NCBI RefSeq assembly: GCF_018350175.1
Contig: NC_058368.1
Span: 112,532,001-112,596,000, forward strand
From: Felis catus
Lineage: Eukaryota
Direction of reading: 5' to 3'
Length of the DNA stretch: 64,000 nt
Shown piece by piece: positions 26,581-40,880 of the stretch. Positions within the stretch are counted from its first letter, which is position 1. Each line of letters opens with the position of its first letter. The notes under the pieces were generated by a model. The model saw nothing but the letters and a program-made list of their open reading frames with translations. It was not told the origin of the DNA and ran no database searches. Position numbers and translations under genes: made by a program.

Positions 26581-27755
26581 ACAGACTTTATTTTTTATAT
26601 GAGTTTTAGGTTCACAGCAAATAAGAGTATAAAAGTACAGGTCATTCTCACCTCCCACCCCCACCCCCGCCTCCACACGTGCACAGCCTGGCCAGCTACC
26701 AAAACCCTACACTGGAGTGGTCCATTTCTTACAATCAATAAACCTGCCTTTACCATCATTATCATCCCAAATTGATAATTTACATTAGAGGCCGTTTTTG
26801 GTGTGTGTTTTGTGGATTGTAACAAATGAATGTAGCGAAGTATATGGAAGTATACCTATGGTATACAGAATAGTTTCACGGCCGTAAAAATCCTCTGTGC
26901 TTTGCCTGCTCATCCCTCATTCATCCCTCATTCATCCCTCATTCATCCCTCATTCATCCCTCATTCATCCCTCATTCCCTCTGACTCCTGGTAATTTTTC
27001 TGTCTCCATAGTTTTGCCTTTTCCAAAATGTCATCTAATTAGAATCATATAGTATGCAGCCTCATCACATTGGTTTCTTTCACAGAGTAACATGCATTTA
27101 AGTTTCATCTCTTTTCATGGTTTGATAGCTCATGTCTCTGTTGAGCTGAATAATATTCTGTCATCTGGGTGTACCCGAGTTTGTTTTCCACTCACCTACT
27201 GAAGACATCTTGCTTGCTTTTAAGTTTTGGCAAATATGAATAAGGCTGCTGTACACATCTATGTGTAGGTTTTTATGTGGAATAAATTTTTAGCTCCTTT
27301 GGGTAAATACTGAGCGTGTTTGCTGGTATATGGTTATATGGTAAGAGTATGTTAAGTTTTGTAAGAAACTGCCAAACTGTCTTCCAAAGTGGCTGTACCA
27401 TTTTACGTTCCCACTAGCAGTGAATCAGAATTCTTACGGCTCCACATACTCACCAGCATTTGGTGTTGGCCCTCTTTTGGATTTTGGCCATTCTAATGTC
27501 CCTATATGTCCCTATAATGTCACTGCCATCTATATTGGTATTTTACTGCTATTTTAATTTGCATTTACTGATGGCATACAATGTGGGGCCTCTTTTCATA
27601 TGCTTATTTGTTATGTGTCTATCTTCTTTGAATGAGGTGGCTGTTTATGTATTTAATCCATTTTTTTTAATTGGGTTATTTATTTTCTTGTTGGATTTTA
27701 AGAGTTCTTTGTATATTTTGGATAATAGTCCTGTACCAGATATGTCTTTTGCATG
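26580..27755 (-). mobile_element. L1MC-like 3' end
   Basis: gttttaggttcacagcaaa; tgtaagaaactgccaaactgtcttccaaagtggctgtacc; gagttctttgtatattttggata. Confidence 0.85.
26910..26975. repeat. Perfect 11-bp minisatellite (TCATCCCTCAT)x6
   Basis: Six exact units counted directly. Confidence 0.95.
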
Positions 27756-27759
27756 TATG

Positions 27760-28790
27760 GACAGAGGATCTGAATAGACATTTTTCCAAAGAAGGCATAA
27801 AGATGGCAACAGACATACGAAAAGATGCTCAGTGTCGTTAATCATCAGGGAAATGCAAATCAAATCACAGTGAGGCACCACCCCACACCAGGCTGAGCAG
27901 CTAGTATCAAAAAGACAAGAAATAAGGGGGCGCCTGGGTGGCGCAGTCGGTTAAGCGTCCGACTTCAGCCAGGTCACGATCTCACGGTCCGTGAGTTCGA
28001 GCCCCGCGTCGGGCTCTGGGCTGATGGCTCGGAGCCTGGAGCCTGTTTCCGATTCTGTGTCTCCCTCTCTCTCTCTCTCTGCCCCTCCCCCGTTCATGCT
28101 CTGTCTCTCTCTGTCCCAAAAATAAATAAAAAACGTTGAAAAAAAAATTAAAAAAAAAAAAAGACAAGAAATAAGGATTGACGAGGATGTGGAGAAAAGA
28201 GAACCTGGTACACTATTTGTGGGAGTGTAGATTGGGGCAGCCACTGTGGAAAACAATACGCAGATTCCTCAAAAATTTAAAAATAGAAACACTGTATTTT
28301 CTAGTAATTCCACTTCTGGTTATTTATCCAAAGAAAGTGAAAACACTATTTTTTTTTTTTGAAAACACTAATTTGAAAAGATATCTGCACCTCTGTGTTT
28401 GTTGCAGCATTATTTACAATAGCCAAGATATGGGAGCAACCTAAGTGTCCGTTGGTACATAAGTGGATAAAGGAGATTTGTACACAGTGGAATATTACTC
28501 AGCCATAAAAATGAGATCTTGCCATTTTGCATCAACATAGATGGATCTAGAGGCTGGCTACTCTGCTAAGTGACATAAGTCACAAATCAAATTTGTCAGA
28601 AAGACAAATACCATATGATTTTACACATGTGTTGTATAATGTTGTGTGGTGACTGGTGGTAACTGCTCGTATTGTGGTGAGCCGTGAGTAATGTATAGGG
28701 ATTATCTAATCACTGCATTGTATGCCTGGAACTAAAGTGATGTTGTATGTCAACTATACATCAGTAATAAAAATTTTAAAGAAAAAAAAA
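27760..28790 (+). mobile_element. L1 3' end interrupted by a SINE
   Basis: gatctgaatagacattttt; cagggaaatgcaaatcaaa; gcaacctaagtgtcc; A tail near 28780. Confidence 0.88.
27927..28158 (+). mobile_element. Young felid CAN-SINE (SINEC_Fc)
   Basis: CpG-intact body; TSD AAAAGACAAGAAATAAG. Confidence 0.95.
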
Positions 28791-28953
28791 TGTGATGTTG
28801 CCTATCCTTGTATTTGTATTTGATAATTTTTCAAACCATCATATTCAAGGCATTTTTTTTTTTTTTTGATACAGACTCAAAGTCAGGGAGGAACAAGGAG
28901 ATTTAAGTGGAATATCTGAAAGTATTTTTCATAGAGTGCTTGGGTTTGGTTAA

Positions 28954-29346
<393 letters not shown>

Positions 29347-30577
29347 TGAGCCTAGAGCATGGGTGCTGCTCTCCAGTTCTGCTGGTGAATGTATTAAGAC
29401 CTAATCAGTCCTCTTTTCCTTATCCTACTTAGTTTTACTTCTTAGTACTTAGGATCTGAAATTATATTATTTCTGTGTTTATTTTTTGAGTATCTTCCTG
29501 ATTGGAATGTAAGCTTTACAGAAATACGCATTGTTCATAGCAGTATTTTCAGCAGTGCCTGGCTCATAGTAAATACACAGCAAATATTTGTGAAATATAG
29601 GAGTGCTGGTGGAAGAGTAGAATTTATTAATTGAGGTATTTGTGGAGTATTTTGAGTTGAAGTGCCTTGTAAGAATTTCTCTTAGGTTGGAGGAGCCGGG
29701 TTACAGGTAGGGAATCCAATTTGAATGATACAAGTTTCCAGTGGCTTCACCACTCTTTCTCCTGCCTTTTAAATTCAGGTAACAAGGTTTTATTTATATT
29801 TCATCCTGCAAGACAGTTGCCACAACAAACAAGGAACTTTCCACACCTCAGTGAAAGGGCAGAGTCTCATGCATCAAGTGGCCAGGAAGGAAACCTATCC
29901 CAGGTGGAGTGTATTACCTGTCTCCTAAGAAGTGTAGTTTTTACCACTTGCTGTTTTTGGCTTCTTTGACTTGAGAAAGTCTTAGTCCAAGTTAGTAGAA
30001 GATGTACATAATTATCGTTGTAAAGTGATTTCTTGTAGAAGAGATTCAGCAAAATACTATGGCCAAAAATAAGTTGAAAAGAAAGTTTCCATTCTTTTTT
30101 GACTCTTGCCATCTTGGTGCAGTTTTGTAGGTGAAATGCCTCACTTCTGTGCGTTGATTTTCGCACTACAGTAGGGTAATTTAAGAGAAATCTACTTGGT
30201 GAATTCTTAGTTCTGGAATCTGTTTTCCCTTTTTTTCTAGTACCCAGTTCTAGGATCCCTTCTTCTGTGTGCCGTTTTTATTTGCTCAGAAACAAAACAC
30301 AGCTTTTCGTATCACAGCCTGATACAAGTCTGTGACTCACATGTGTATGGGGTATGTGTTATAAAGATGGTCTTATGAGCACTGTTTGGGTAGTGAAAAG
30401 TTGGAAATAACCTAAACTTTAACTACATAATTTGAAGTTTTAATATTGAAATTACATTTATATATTATTTACATATATATTTTTTAAATAGAAAAACCAT
30501 TCTTTTTAGGGGAAGTGAAATAAATCTGTTTAGAACCCCTTCCTGTGAACTGAAATTACATATGTGGTTTAGCGTCT

Positions 30578-30720
30578 CTTTTTTTTTTTTTTAAAGTTTA
30601 TGTATTTATTTTGAAAGGGAGAGAACGAACAAGGGTGGGGCCGAGAGAGAAGGGGGACAGAGGATCCCGAGGGGGGTCAGAGGATCCCAGGGGGGTTCTG
30701 TGCTGACAGCAGAGAGGATT
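30578..30720 (-). mobile_element. Truncated CAN-SINE
   Basis: Poly(T), gacagaggatcc, ctgtgctgacagcagag; internal tandem duplication of cagaggatccc. Confidence 0.75.
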
Positions 30721-31164
30721 TAGGGTCTTTGAATGCTGCTGTACCCTCCATTAGTAAAAAGAGTGCAAAACACTCTGCCAACTGACTCTATGATAGTTAA
30801 GAGCGTCAGCTTTCCTTTGAAAGGACTCATCATAGGTGCCTTTTTTGTCTTTTTGCCTTCGCTTTCTCTCATAGAGCTAACAAGTGATTGTTGGCAAAGA
30901 GAAGACAACCTAAGAACTGATAAACGTAATAATCTGCCAGCCTGAGGGTTAAGTCTTGGTTACTTGAGGACCACTGTAGAATTCAGGCAGACATTAACCT
31001 CTTCCTTATCTTCGGCACCATAGGCCCTCTAGTGGTAGCTTCTACCTCCAGGCTTTGCACGGTTGCTGTGGATTAGTGGGTGTTCTTGGTTGCACCCCAT
31101 ACAGCCTCTTTGATTTCATTATACTGATTTATTAAGGTGAGTCTTGGAATGCTCGTCTTTTTAA

Positions 31165-31434
<270 letters not shown>

Positions 31435-32817
31435 TAAGCTGTAGCTTAATTTGAGTCACTGTAAATATGTAGTTCATATTTCTATAGGTTATGATTCTAA
31501 AAAGTAATTCTTAAAATGCAAGGTGGGATTTACTTTTGACTTGACTTAATAGGTTTTTAAATGATGTTGTTGAATTTAAGGCTTTAACCACTCAATGGGT
31601 CTAAGTAGTAATTTTATAATCCAGACATTATAAAATGCATAGTACTGACAATGATTTTGATATGAATAGGGGCTGAATTTATAAAGAATTTCAATTAAAG
31701 ACTAAATTGCTAGAAAGCATTTCACATTAAAATTGCTTTTCAAGTTCCTTAACCTCTGCAATTTGAATTGTTATTAGATCCCACTGGAGTGACTTAAAAA
31801 ATTCTTCAGAATACTAATATTATCTTCCAGGTATTTAACCTCTGTTATTAAGGATTTGCAAAGTTGAATGTTTCAAATTTATCATTTGCTCTTGGCCTGA
31901 TTTCATTGGCATTCCAAAGATGATGGTTCATGAGTAGAATTAGGGAAGAGTTTTAGTTGATACATTTAAGCATCCTGTACTACATCCACTTGGTCCTTAC
32001 GGATTTAGCCAAAGAAGAGCATCTGTGAAATGCTGCTTGTGGACTTTTTTTTTTGACATTCAGAAGAATAGTCCAGTGTTTCCTTACTGTTTTGCTATAG
32101 GTCTGTTTTATGCATCACTTTATCAGCAGTCCCGAAGGCATGCCCCTCTCCATAGAAACCTAACTTTTGTATATTTAATTTCTACTCCACCACCCCTAAG
32201 CCTAATTTATCCATGCCAGCACTACTTTAAGCAGTAAAGCAGAGGATTTGGTAAATCCAGGCAAATAAAAGTGAAAAAATATATTTTAATCTTTATCTAG
32301 AGTTTTAGGTTAAAATATTCCAGCTTCCTTCATCCCAGCTACATTAATTACATTTGCATGCATTGATGAGATCTACAGTGCCTTCCTTAACTGATAGTTA
32401 AAAAAAACAAAACAAAACAAAAAAAAACCCCCAAACCTAAAAACTAAAAGCTTTTTCCTAACAAAATCTGATGTGAATGTACATGAGACTGTAAGTTTTG
32501 TTTATCTCATTGAGAATGTATCTCACTGCAGAAATACTTATGTTTTAATTATGAGATATTGTACTGTATTAACTTTCTAAACTAAAAAAAAAAAAAAAGA
32601 ATTCTAAAACCTATCTTGTACCAAGGATTTCTATTAAGGGACTCCTATCTCTTTCTAAAAGTTCTGCAACTCTGTTGCTTTGAATTCCATGGTGAATCCT
32701 AAGATTGGTTTGGTGATCTCTATTGTTAAAGTATGTTTTTGTTAGTATGTTAAAATTGGTTTAGACTGGTTTACAGTTTAAAGAGGGCTTTGCTGTGATA
32801 TCTTTTCATTTTCTTAG

Positions 32818-32961
<144 letters not shown>

Positions 32962-35900
32962 TGCAGAAGTAGTCTTTTCAATTATATTATTCGTGGACTC
33001 GTTTTAATTTTAGGGAAACTTTTCAGTACAGATACTGTGAGCTTACATGGAAAACAGATATTACAGCTTTTTTTTTTTTTCTACATAATTGTGACCAATA
33101 CATTTGTATTTTGTGACGAATCTACATTTGTTTGTTATTCATGTTCATGTGATTAACTCTCAAAAGTGTTGTGAAAAATGTAAAGTAGAAGTATTGTACC
33201 CCAAATTCACAGGTTTGGCGTTGATCTTAAACTGGAACATAATTTTGCCTTACTGTCCCAACAACCTGTTATTTGTTCAGTTTCTTGGAAAAATATAATG
33301 CGTCACATGATGAAAAATTATAATAGAAAAAGGAAGTATGTGGTGAAAATTCTTCCCTTCTACTTTTAACCCTACAGGAAATGTACTTTTTCCAGTTTCT
33401 TTGTCCTACCAGTGTTAAGAAAGTGTAGTTCGTTGTTTTCTGAAAGCATGTGGTAGGAGCTGAAAAGAAACTATAAAAAAAAAAATCTTCTATTTGAAGG
33501 AACACTATGCACTGCTCTCACAAGTAGTGTTCAGTAAAAGTAAAGTGATAGTTTTCTAGATGATGTCATAAAATGTACATTTACTACAGCTAAGTGTTTG
33601 TCAGTCTGTTGTGGCTTCATTCAGTATATCTTTTGTAAAACATTTCCTTTTTTTAAGAAAAATTATTGTAAACACCAGATCTCCAGTATATGTCATTTAC
33701 TCCGAGTCTGTCCCGAGTACTACTTTATAGCTAGTGCATGCGCGGCCTTGTTCAGCTTGGCTACTTTTGGCCACTGTTGCAAGAACTCTAACTTTGACAT
33801 GCATTAATCTTCTGTTTTGCACTTTGATGGGTGACAGTTTTTAGTGTAACCTTTTGTGTAACACACTCAAGTGACTTGGACTTCGATGCTCATCCTTACT
33901 TACTTGGTACCCCTTTTGTATTAACAAACACTGCGGTTTATAGATTACAGTTGTAGGAAGTTAGACTTTTTCTACCTTTTTTGTATTTTCAACCTAGTTT
34001 ATAAGACTGTTATCCTGTAGCTCCAATGTAAGGTGCCTTTCTAATTGCCTACCACTCTCTGGGTGTCACTCGTGTTGGAAAGTCACACACTCCTCCCATT
34101 GCTCTTACTGGTGTCAGTTGCCCCTAGTAAGGAAAGGACCTGTGTGCGGTAGCCGTAAGAACCTCTTCGGTCTGACCCTGGGTTGGGGCTGCTGGTCTGG
34201 TACTTAAACGAGTAAGCAGTGGTTGTTGAGATAGTTGATTTTGAAATAGTCACGTATCAGAGAATGCAGACTATTCTCTCGGTTCCCACGTATGCTCTGT
34301 TTTTTCCCATTTATTAGCACTTCCATGGATGCTAATGTCCCAGAACACTAGTCCTCGGAGAGGAAAGACACGAAAACTCTAAAATACCTGTTCGTTCAGT
34401 CATGCTTGAAGGAAGGACTTTTAACCTCTCTTTCTAGAGAGCAGCCAAATGGACACTTGGTTATGGCATGAGAACAAAGATGTTATTTTGAAAAAAAGTG
34501 ACCTAATTTACCTCTCAGAGAAAGCTATTTTCTGGTGCCTTTTGAAAGTATATGGAGCCATGTCAGTCTTATATTTAAAGTGCTAGTTTGGTTTGACTTT
34601 CTCTCCTTTGCCCTTTCTGCATTTTTTGAGGAAAGGAGAATACAGTTCCTTTTTTCTGTGACATTATTTATTGCTTTTACAAAGTGCAGCCAGTGGATGG
34701 CTTTAGTTCTGTCAGATGAAGTGCCATATATGTTTCAGCTCACAGTCCTTTGCTGGGTCAAAGGATACTTTCTGACAGTCACCTGAGCCTTCAACATAAG
34801 TAAGTTTTACGTGACCTGCATTCTTAATCTTCCACACTTGTGTCAGCCACATGAAAGAGAATTATTTGCCTCGTGTTAGAACCTAGCTATTTATGTCGTT
34901 CTTTTACTTACCAGGCTTATGGCATAATCTTTGGAACAAATGTGTAGGAAGAAGCCACCCAGGTTGAATGACGGATACGTGTAATCAACTTCCATGGACT
35001 TGAACTGGTGGAAACTGTTGAATTGTTTTATTGATGTTTTCAATTGATTTAATTAAAAATTGTTTTTATTCGTGTTATGGTCTTTAGAGTTGTTGAGATT
35101 TTATGCGATTGGTCTTTTCTGTCTTTTCCTTAAGGAGTGTGTCTCATGAAGGTCATTACTGAAGCTATTGACCGTTCAGAGTTCCATGGAAGAGTAGAAG
35201 CCTGTGGTCTTAACTAAAAGTCATTAACTATATACCCCTGGATTTTAACTGAAAATTTTATGCAGTTGCTTCTGGAATTCCCGGGTGTGTCCAAAATCTA
35301 TGGATGGGAAGTAAAAATTGCCACTGAGATTTTAAAAACTAAAATTCTGACCAATGAAGACACTTCTGAAAGAAACCATTTCAGAAAATTACAGTTTTAA
35401 ATTTTTATTTAGACTTTGGAATGTTTCATGGTCAAATTTATGAAAACATCACCACTAGAACAATCAGACATTTCATATTAATATTTGCAAGCTGAAAAGA
35501 GTAGAGCCTGGGAGTAATAAAATTACAACCAGGTTGGTAAATGCAAAATGAGAAATAGAATGAAAATTCATCTGAGTAATGAATTAACCCAAGAAAAAGA
35601 TATTTGGAAAAACAATTTAAGAGTTGCATTTGGACCAGCGTGTTTGTATAATGAAGTATTATGGTCTGTTTGGTATTGCCTGGCTTATATTTTAGAATGT
35701 AAACTATTAGGCATGCTATTGATCTTCTGAAGCTAACACTTTTTCTTTAGAGATTAAGACATCAATCAAAATGTCAAGTATATACATCAGAATATAAATC
35801 ATTTTTCACATTTTATTATTATGTAAGGAACCTATGGTAATAGAATTGGCTGGGTTTCTTAGTTGAAATCCACAGTAAGATTCCTAGGTAGTTCAGTGAG

Positions 35901-37820
35901 CTATACCTAATAGTATAGAAAGAGGATGTAGCTACTTGATACTTTTCATAACATTTGAGAGTAAGATATCCTTTTAAGATGTAAAATGATCAAGACGTGG
36001 TCCCATCTGAAATCTCTTGTCAAGATGAGAACTGGGGCTCACAGGGAACCTGTGGGAAACAGTTCTGTCACAGTGTTCTGTTGAAGGAGAAGATTTGTAG
36101 AGAATATGAACTCCTGCCAGTAGCAGAGAACCTCCAGAAAGTCTGATGGTACCTGTTTAAGTACTCTATTTCTGTTCTGGAAAACATCTGATATGCCAGC
36201 TTGGATCCATTTCTTTATTCTCTTTATGGTTGTTTGCTCAGTGTTCCTTTGAATCGTTATCACTTCCCCACTTAAAATGTGTTAATGTCTTTTATACTTA
36301 CTGAAGAAGGAAGACTCTTGATAATTGAGCTTCCGGTGATGACTTCAGTTTTGGATCTGTTAACCTTTAAGAGGATCAGAGCCCTTCTTTGTTGTATTAC
36401 TTAAATCCTTGTTCACTCTCTCAGGTAGGAATATAAATATGTGTTCTCTTCATACCCATCAGCTAGATAAGCAAGGATCTTCTAAGATAGTAGTTAGCAT
36501 GGTGGTTTCAGGCATGTTTGGTGATTTTTCTGGGAGGTAGTTTTCCTATACATTGGTTTGTGGGTGGTCTCTTGAGATACTAACTAGGGCAGCTTTCTGG
36601 GGGGCAGGCTCTTATTTGAGACCCATTTCCTCCAGAGCAGCAGCATTTTCCTCTTTGATAGAGATGGGATTTGGGAGAGGTTTTCTTCTCACAGAAGATG
36701 CATGTATGGAAAGTGAGAATTCAAGGCATTTCTTCTGCATAAAGACTTTTGCCTGCTGGACAGAAGCTTGGACAGTTCTTTGGAATTCACTGGGTTATAG
36801 TTCAGCATTTCCTAATTATGAGAGGTAACAACAGTGTTTATCAAGCCTTTGTTTTATTGGATTATTCACAATAGAAACTTAACTTCTAAAATACAACTGT
36901 GTTATAACTGAAGTGTTACCCTAAAATTGGATGGTTTGTAAAAACCAATGAGAGATATTTTACATAGCAATTTTTTTTTAAAGTAAGAGCGTGTGATACA
37001 ATATTTGCTGGTAGCAATTGCTGTTAAACAAATGATGGGATGTTTGGGTGAAAACATCCAGCCATAGAGTAGGTTTCTTCTGTCATTTATGGCAGAGTGA
37101 AAAAGGTGTGCATGGTTTTCATCCAAATAATTCAATTCTTGAAATTGTTAGCAATCATTATAAACCATTGTCCTCTAAGGATTTATTTGAAGATACTGTT
37201 ATTAAAAAGTTCAGAATTTTGTGTACAGGTAGATTCTTGCCCCCCATTAATAAGTAGTGCCTTCTTGATACTAGCTGGTATTAACTATAATAAAACTACA
37301 GTGAGGCCAAACAATCCTACTTTCCGTATAAAGAAGACATTTTTAGTCAGATATTCTTTCTAATATCATTGGAGATAATGTTGCTTTGATTTATTCATGA
37401 AGTATTTTATATGTAGGGACTCTTGAAGATAATAGTTGGGCAAGCTATTGTCTTCTTAATCTGTTTGGTTAAAATTGCATTTTAAGGATCACTTATTTTA
37501 AAATTGGATCGGATTGTAATCATGAGAACTGGATGTTTGTGTGTACCTGCCCATCTTCTCTTAAAAAGATACTCATATGCAGATGATAAAGACCAAACCA
37601 GTGGCTGCAGTATAGGTCCGCTTCTTGTTCTGCTTCTGTTTATGTGGTAGAAAATGAAATTCTAGCAATATGCTTCAATTCTGTTACCTTTTTGATACTT
37701 ATAAAAATGTATTAGGTTTTACTATACTGTGCTTTTTCAAAGCCATAACTCTTAAGAACTTTGTTTTTGCATATTGTTTGCTAATACTTTATTTTAATAA
37801 ATCTCAAAACCTGCTTATGT
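32962..37820 (+). other. SMAD5: SMAD5 long 3' UTR
   Basis: AT-rich sequence with no recognisable interspersed repeats, from the stop codon to a canonical poly(A) signal; end approximate. Confidence 0.7.
37796..37801 (+). terminator. SMAD5: SMAD5 distal polyadenylation signal AATAAA
   Basis: AATAAA preceded by U-rich sequence and followed by GU/U-rich tgtgtctgttgggtctttttg(tg)n. Confidence 0.75.
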
Positions 37821-37831
37821 GTCTGTTGGGT

Positions 37832-37836
<5 letters not shown>

Positions 37837-37891
<55 letters not shown>
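37837..37891. repeat. (TG)n microsatellite
   Basis: Perfect TG run just downstream of the SMAD5 poly(A) signal. Confidence 0.95.
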
Positions 37892-37892
<1 letters not shown>

Positions 37893-38239
37893 GGGGGGGA
37901 AGGGGGTTTCTTTCGGTACTTTCTTTTGACCTAATGTCTTTGACTGAATGGACTTGTAAAAAGGGTGAATTGACCATTCGCTGTGACTGGCTGTGTTATC
38001 TGTTTGTGTGCGCTAACAATAGGAAATGGATATACCATGCCTCCTTCCTCGGTGGGAGATTGGCTCAGAATGTAGTGTTTCTTCATTCTGTTTGTAAGAG
38101 AGTTGCTGTGTTTTTCTTTGTTTAGCTTAGTGTAGTTTAGTTGGATTTTGAAAAAGTATTTAGATTTAGAGTCTGGGGTATTTTCATTTAACCGCTAATT
38201 TCCCTTCTGTAGATCTATCTGTAAATGAGCGGTCTTGAC

Positions 38240-38480
38240 TGCATGATTGGGAGGTAGAGTAGTAGCTATGGGTTCTGCCTGCCTCCGTGGGAGTCCTGGG
38301 CCTCACAGTTCTATTCGCTTTGTGCCTTTAGGCAAGTTGATTAACCACTCTGTACCTCAGTTTCCTGATCTGTAAAGTGAAAGTCTACTGTATAGTATTT
38401 TGGGAAAGATTAAAGAAAATACAAATAAAGTACTTAGAGCAGTGCCTGGCACATAAGAACTCCTATTTTTATTCTAATTA
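38240..38480 (+). mobile_element. MIR SINE
   Basis: ggcaagttgattaaccactctgtacctcagtttcctgatctgtaaa...agtacttagagcagtgcctggcacata. Confidence 0.8.
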
Positions 38481-39667
38481 TCTCTTGTATTTCTTCTTTA
38501 ATTGACAGGAATTATTTCTGATGCTGCTTGACTTCAGTAGATCAACCCTTGATTAGCCACCTTGCCAGGTGACTTTGTTATTATTTTCTCCTTAAAAAAT
38601 TTTTTTTTTAAATCACAGGTTTTATTAGCCCCACCGAGTACATACTTTTACCACCACTGTGTTGTATATAGGAGAAGTGCAACCTCATTCTAATTAGAAG
38701 AGGATGGTGTAAATCTTTGTGCTCCCCACTAGAACAGGAGAAAAACTCACACTAAATATTTCAACCCAAAAGAATAAATCCAAAAGCTCTTATTTTTCTT
38801 TTTGGAGAAAAGCCTTCATCAAAAGAATCCATTTCTGCAAATCAGTTCCCTATGCCCTTTTACTTTAAGTATAAGGTATTTAGTAGTGACTTCAGTGGCT
38901 GTGTTGGAAACATTTTTTTAAAGCATTTTCAAAAGCATTTGTTCTGGCATACTCTTTCACTGAACAGTGAGAGGTGTTGGCTTCTCTCTGATATAAGATA
39001 ATTAGTTTTCAAATTGCTGCAGCCCAAACAGTTCAGGTGATGAGGGGATCAGCTGTGACAACTGCTTCATTTTTCTTTCAGATATGACACTCAATAGCTA
39101 ATGCTGTTCCACATTTACAGCAGTTGCAATGCAGTTCCGATTTTATACATATTTATAAGGAGGCTGTCAGTAGGCTAGGGCAAGCTTATAAGAAAGTACT
39201 TAGAGCTCTGGAGTATATATGGTTCAAAGAAGGAAGCATTTTTGTTAAAAGTTCCTCAATTTAACATGTTAACTACTGCTGTATATTTGTTGAATTGGTA
39301 AGCCTATTATTAATAAAGATTTGATTTTTTTAAAAGGTGGTGTGTTCCCTTGATCTAAGTCACTTTGTGGTTGTAGTTTAAAGAAAGGAGGGTGGGACTA
39401 CAGGGAAGGTATCAAAAGGGAGAGTTGTTGGTCGCTTTTCGTATTAGGGTATGTGGGATGGGAGGTGGAGGGGGTATGCAGATTGGTGGCCAAGGCTCAT
39501 TATCTGTATGGTGTCACCTGGATGTGTGTAAAATTTCTGTGAGAGGCGGTTCCTGAGCCAGTTTTTGGATATTCGGGGATCTATTTTGAAAGCTCCTCAT
39601 ACTTTTGTTTTTATCTCTTACCCCTTTCCCTATCCAATAAAAATCTCACCTAATGTTTCTTCATTTT

Positions 39668-39915
39668 ATTTTATTTTATTTTATTTTATTTTTATTTCAT
39701 TTTATTTTTTAAAAAATTTTAATGTTTATTTTTGAGAGAGAGAGGGTGTGAGTGGGGGGGAGAGGCAGAGAGAGAGGGAGACACAGAATCCAAAGCAGGC
39801 TCCAGGCTCTGAGCTGTCAGCACGGAATCCAATGCAGGGCTTGAACTCCCTGACCGTGAGATAATGACCTGAGCTGAAGTCGGACGCCTAACCAACTGAG
39901 CCACCCAGGCGCCTC
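39668..39915 (-). mobile_element. CAN-SINE with (ATTTT)n tail
   Basis: Ends gccacccaggcgcc; TSD AATGTT(T/A)CTTCATTTTA. Confidence 0.92.
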
Positions 39916-40679
39916 GAATGTTACTTCATTTTAAATACTATTTTTGTCTGTGCCCCATGCCGAGGGTTTTAACAGTACAGAAAAGGATAAACTAAAAAAA
40001 CCACAAACCAGTAGCTAATTGGTACACATATACGTGTTGTAGCACGTGTACCCTTCTAACCTGTTGGGGTAGACGCCCTCCATTTCGTCTTCTCCTTTCT
40101 TTGGCAAAAATTGAGCTGATTGTGAACAGAGCTATATTTCCTTTTTTGAAAGAATTCTCAGAAGTTGGTTCGAGAGTGTTTCTTGGAGTTGATATGCCCA
40201 AGAGAATATTGTCCTCTCTTAACTGTCTTCTTTTGTTGAATGGCAGACTTTTTGCAAAATGTACAACATCAAGCCTAGCTATCCAGGTATTTTAATGAGA
40301 TTGCTGAGCTGACCAGGCCAATTGGGATTCGAAACAGCCTGTCAGAAAGAAGGAAGATAAGACCTTGGGAGTTTGGGAGAAAGAACAAGTTTTTCATTCA
40401 TTGCATTTGTCACCATCTAACATACTGCTGATTTTATCTCTTTACCGTGTTTAGAGACTGTCTCATCTCATGGAAATAGAAGCTGTCTGAGGCCAGGCCT
40501 GTGTCCCCACTGTTAGGGCAGTTCTTGACAAATTCTAAGCCTCCAGTATTTGTGGAATGAATGAGAATACAGAGTAAGCTATGATTTCTCATAGTAGAAT
40601 TCATCTTTTCAATTATGTAATGTGATCTCAGTTGAATGGTTTATAGCTCAGCACTAAGTATTTTAATTGTAATTAAACA

Positions 40680-40880
40680 TTTTTAAGTGTTTTATTTATT
40701 TTTGAGGGCGGGGAGAGAGAGAGAACGCCCAAGTGGGGGAGGGGCAGAGAGAAGGGGACAGAGGATCTGAAATGGGCTCTGTGCTGACAGCAGAGAGCCT
40801 CATGGGGGCTCAGACTCAAAAACTGGGAGATCATGACCTGAGCTTAAGTCAAACTATTAACCGAGCCACCCAGGCACCCC
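40680..40880 (-). mobile_element. CAN-SINE
   Basis: tttatttatttttgag...gagccacccaggcacccc. Confidence 0.88.

Noticed and set aside
26910..26975. CRISPR-like array
   Set aside because: Head-to-tail tandem repeat without spacers in a mammalian genome.
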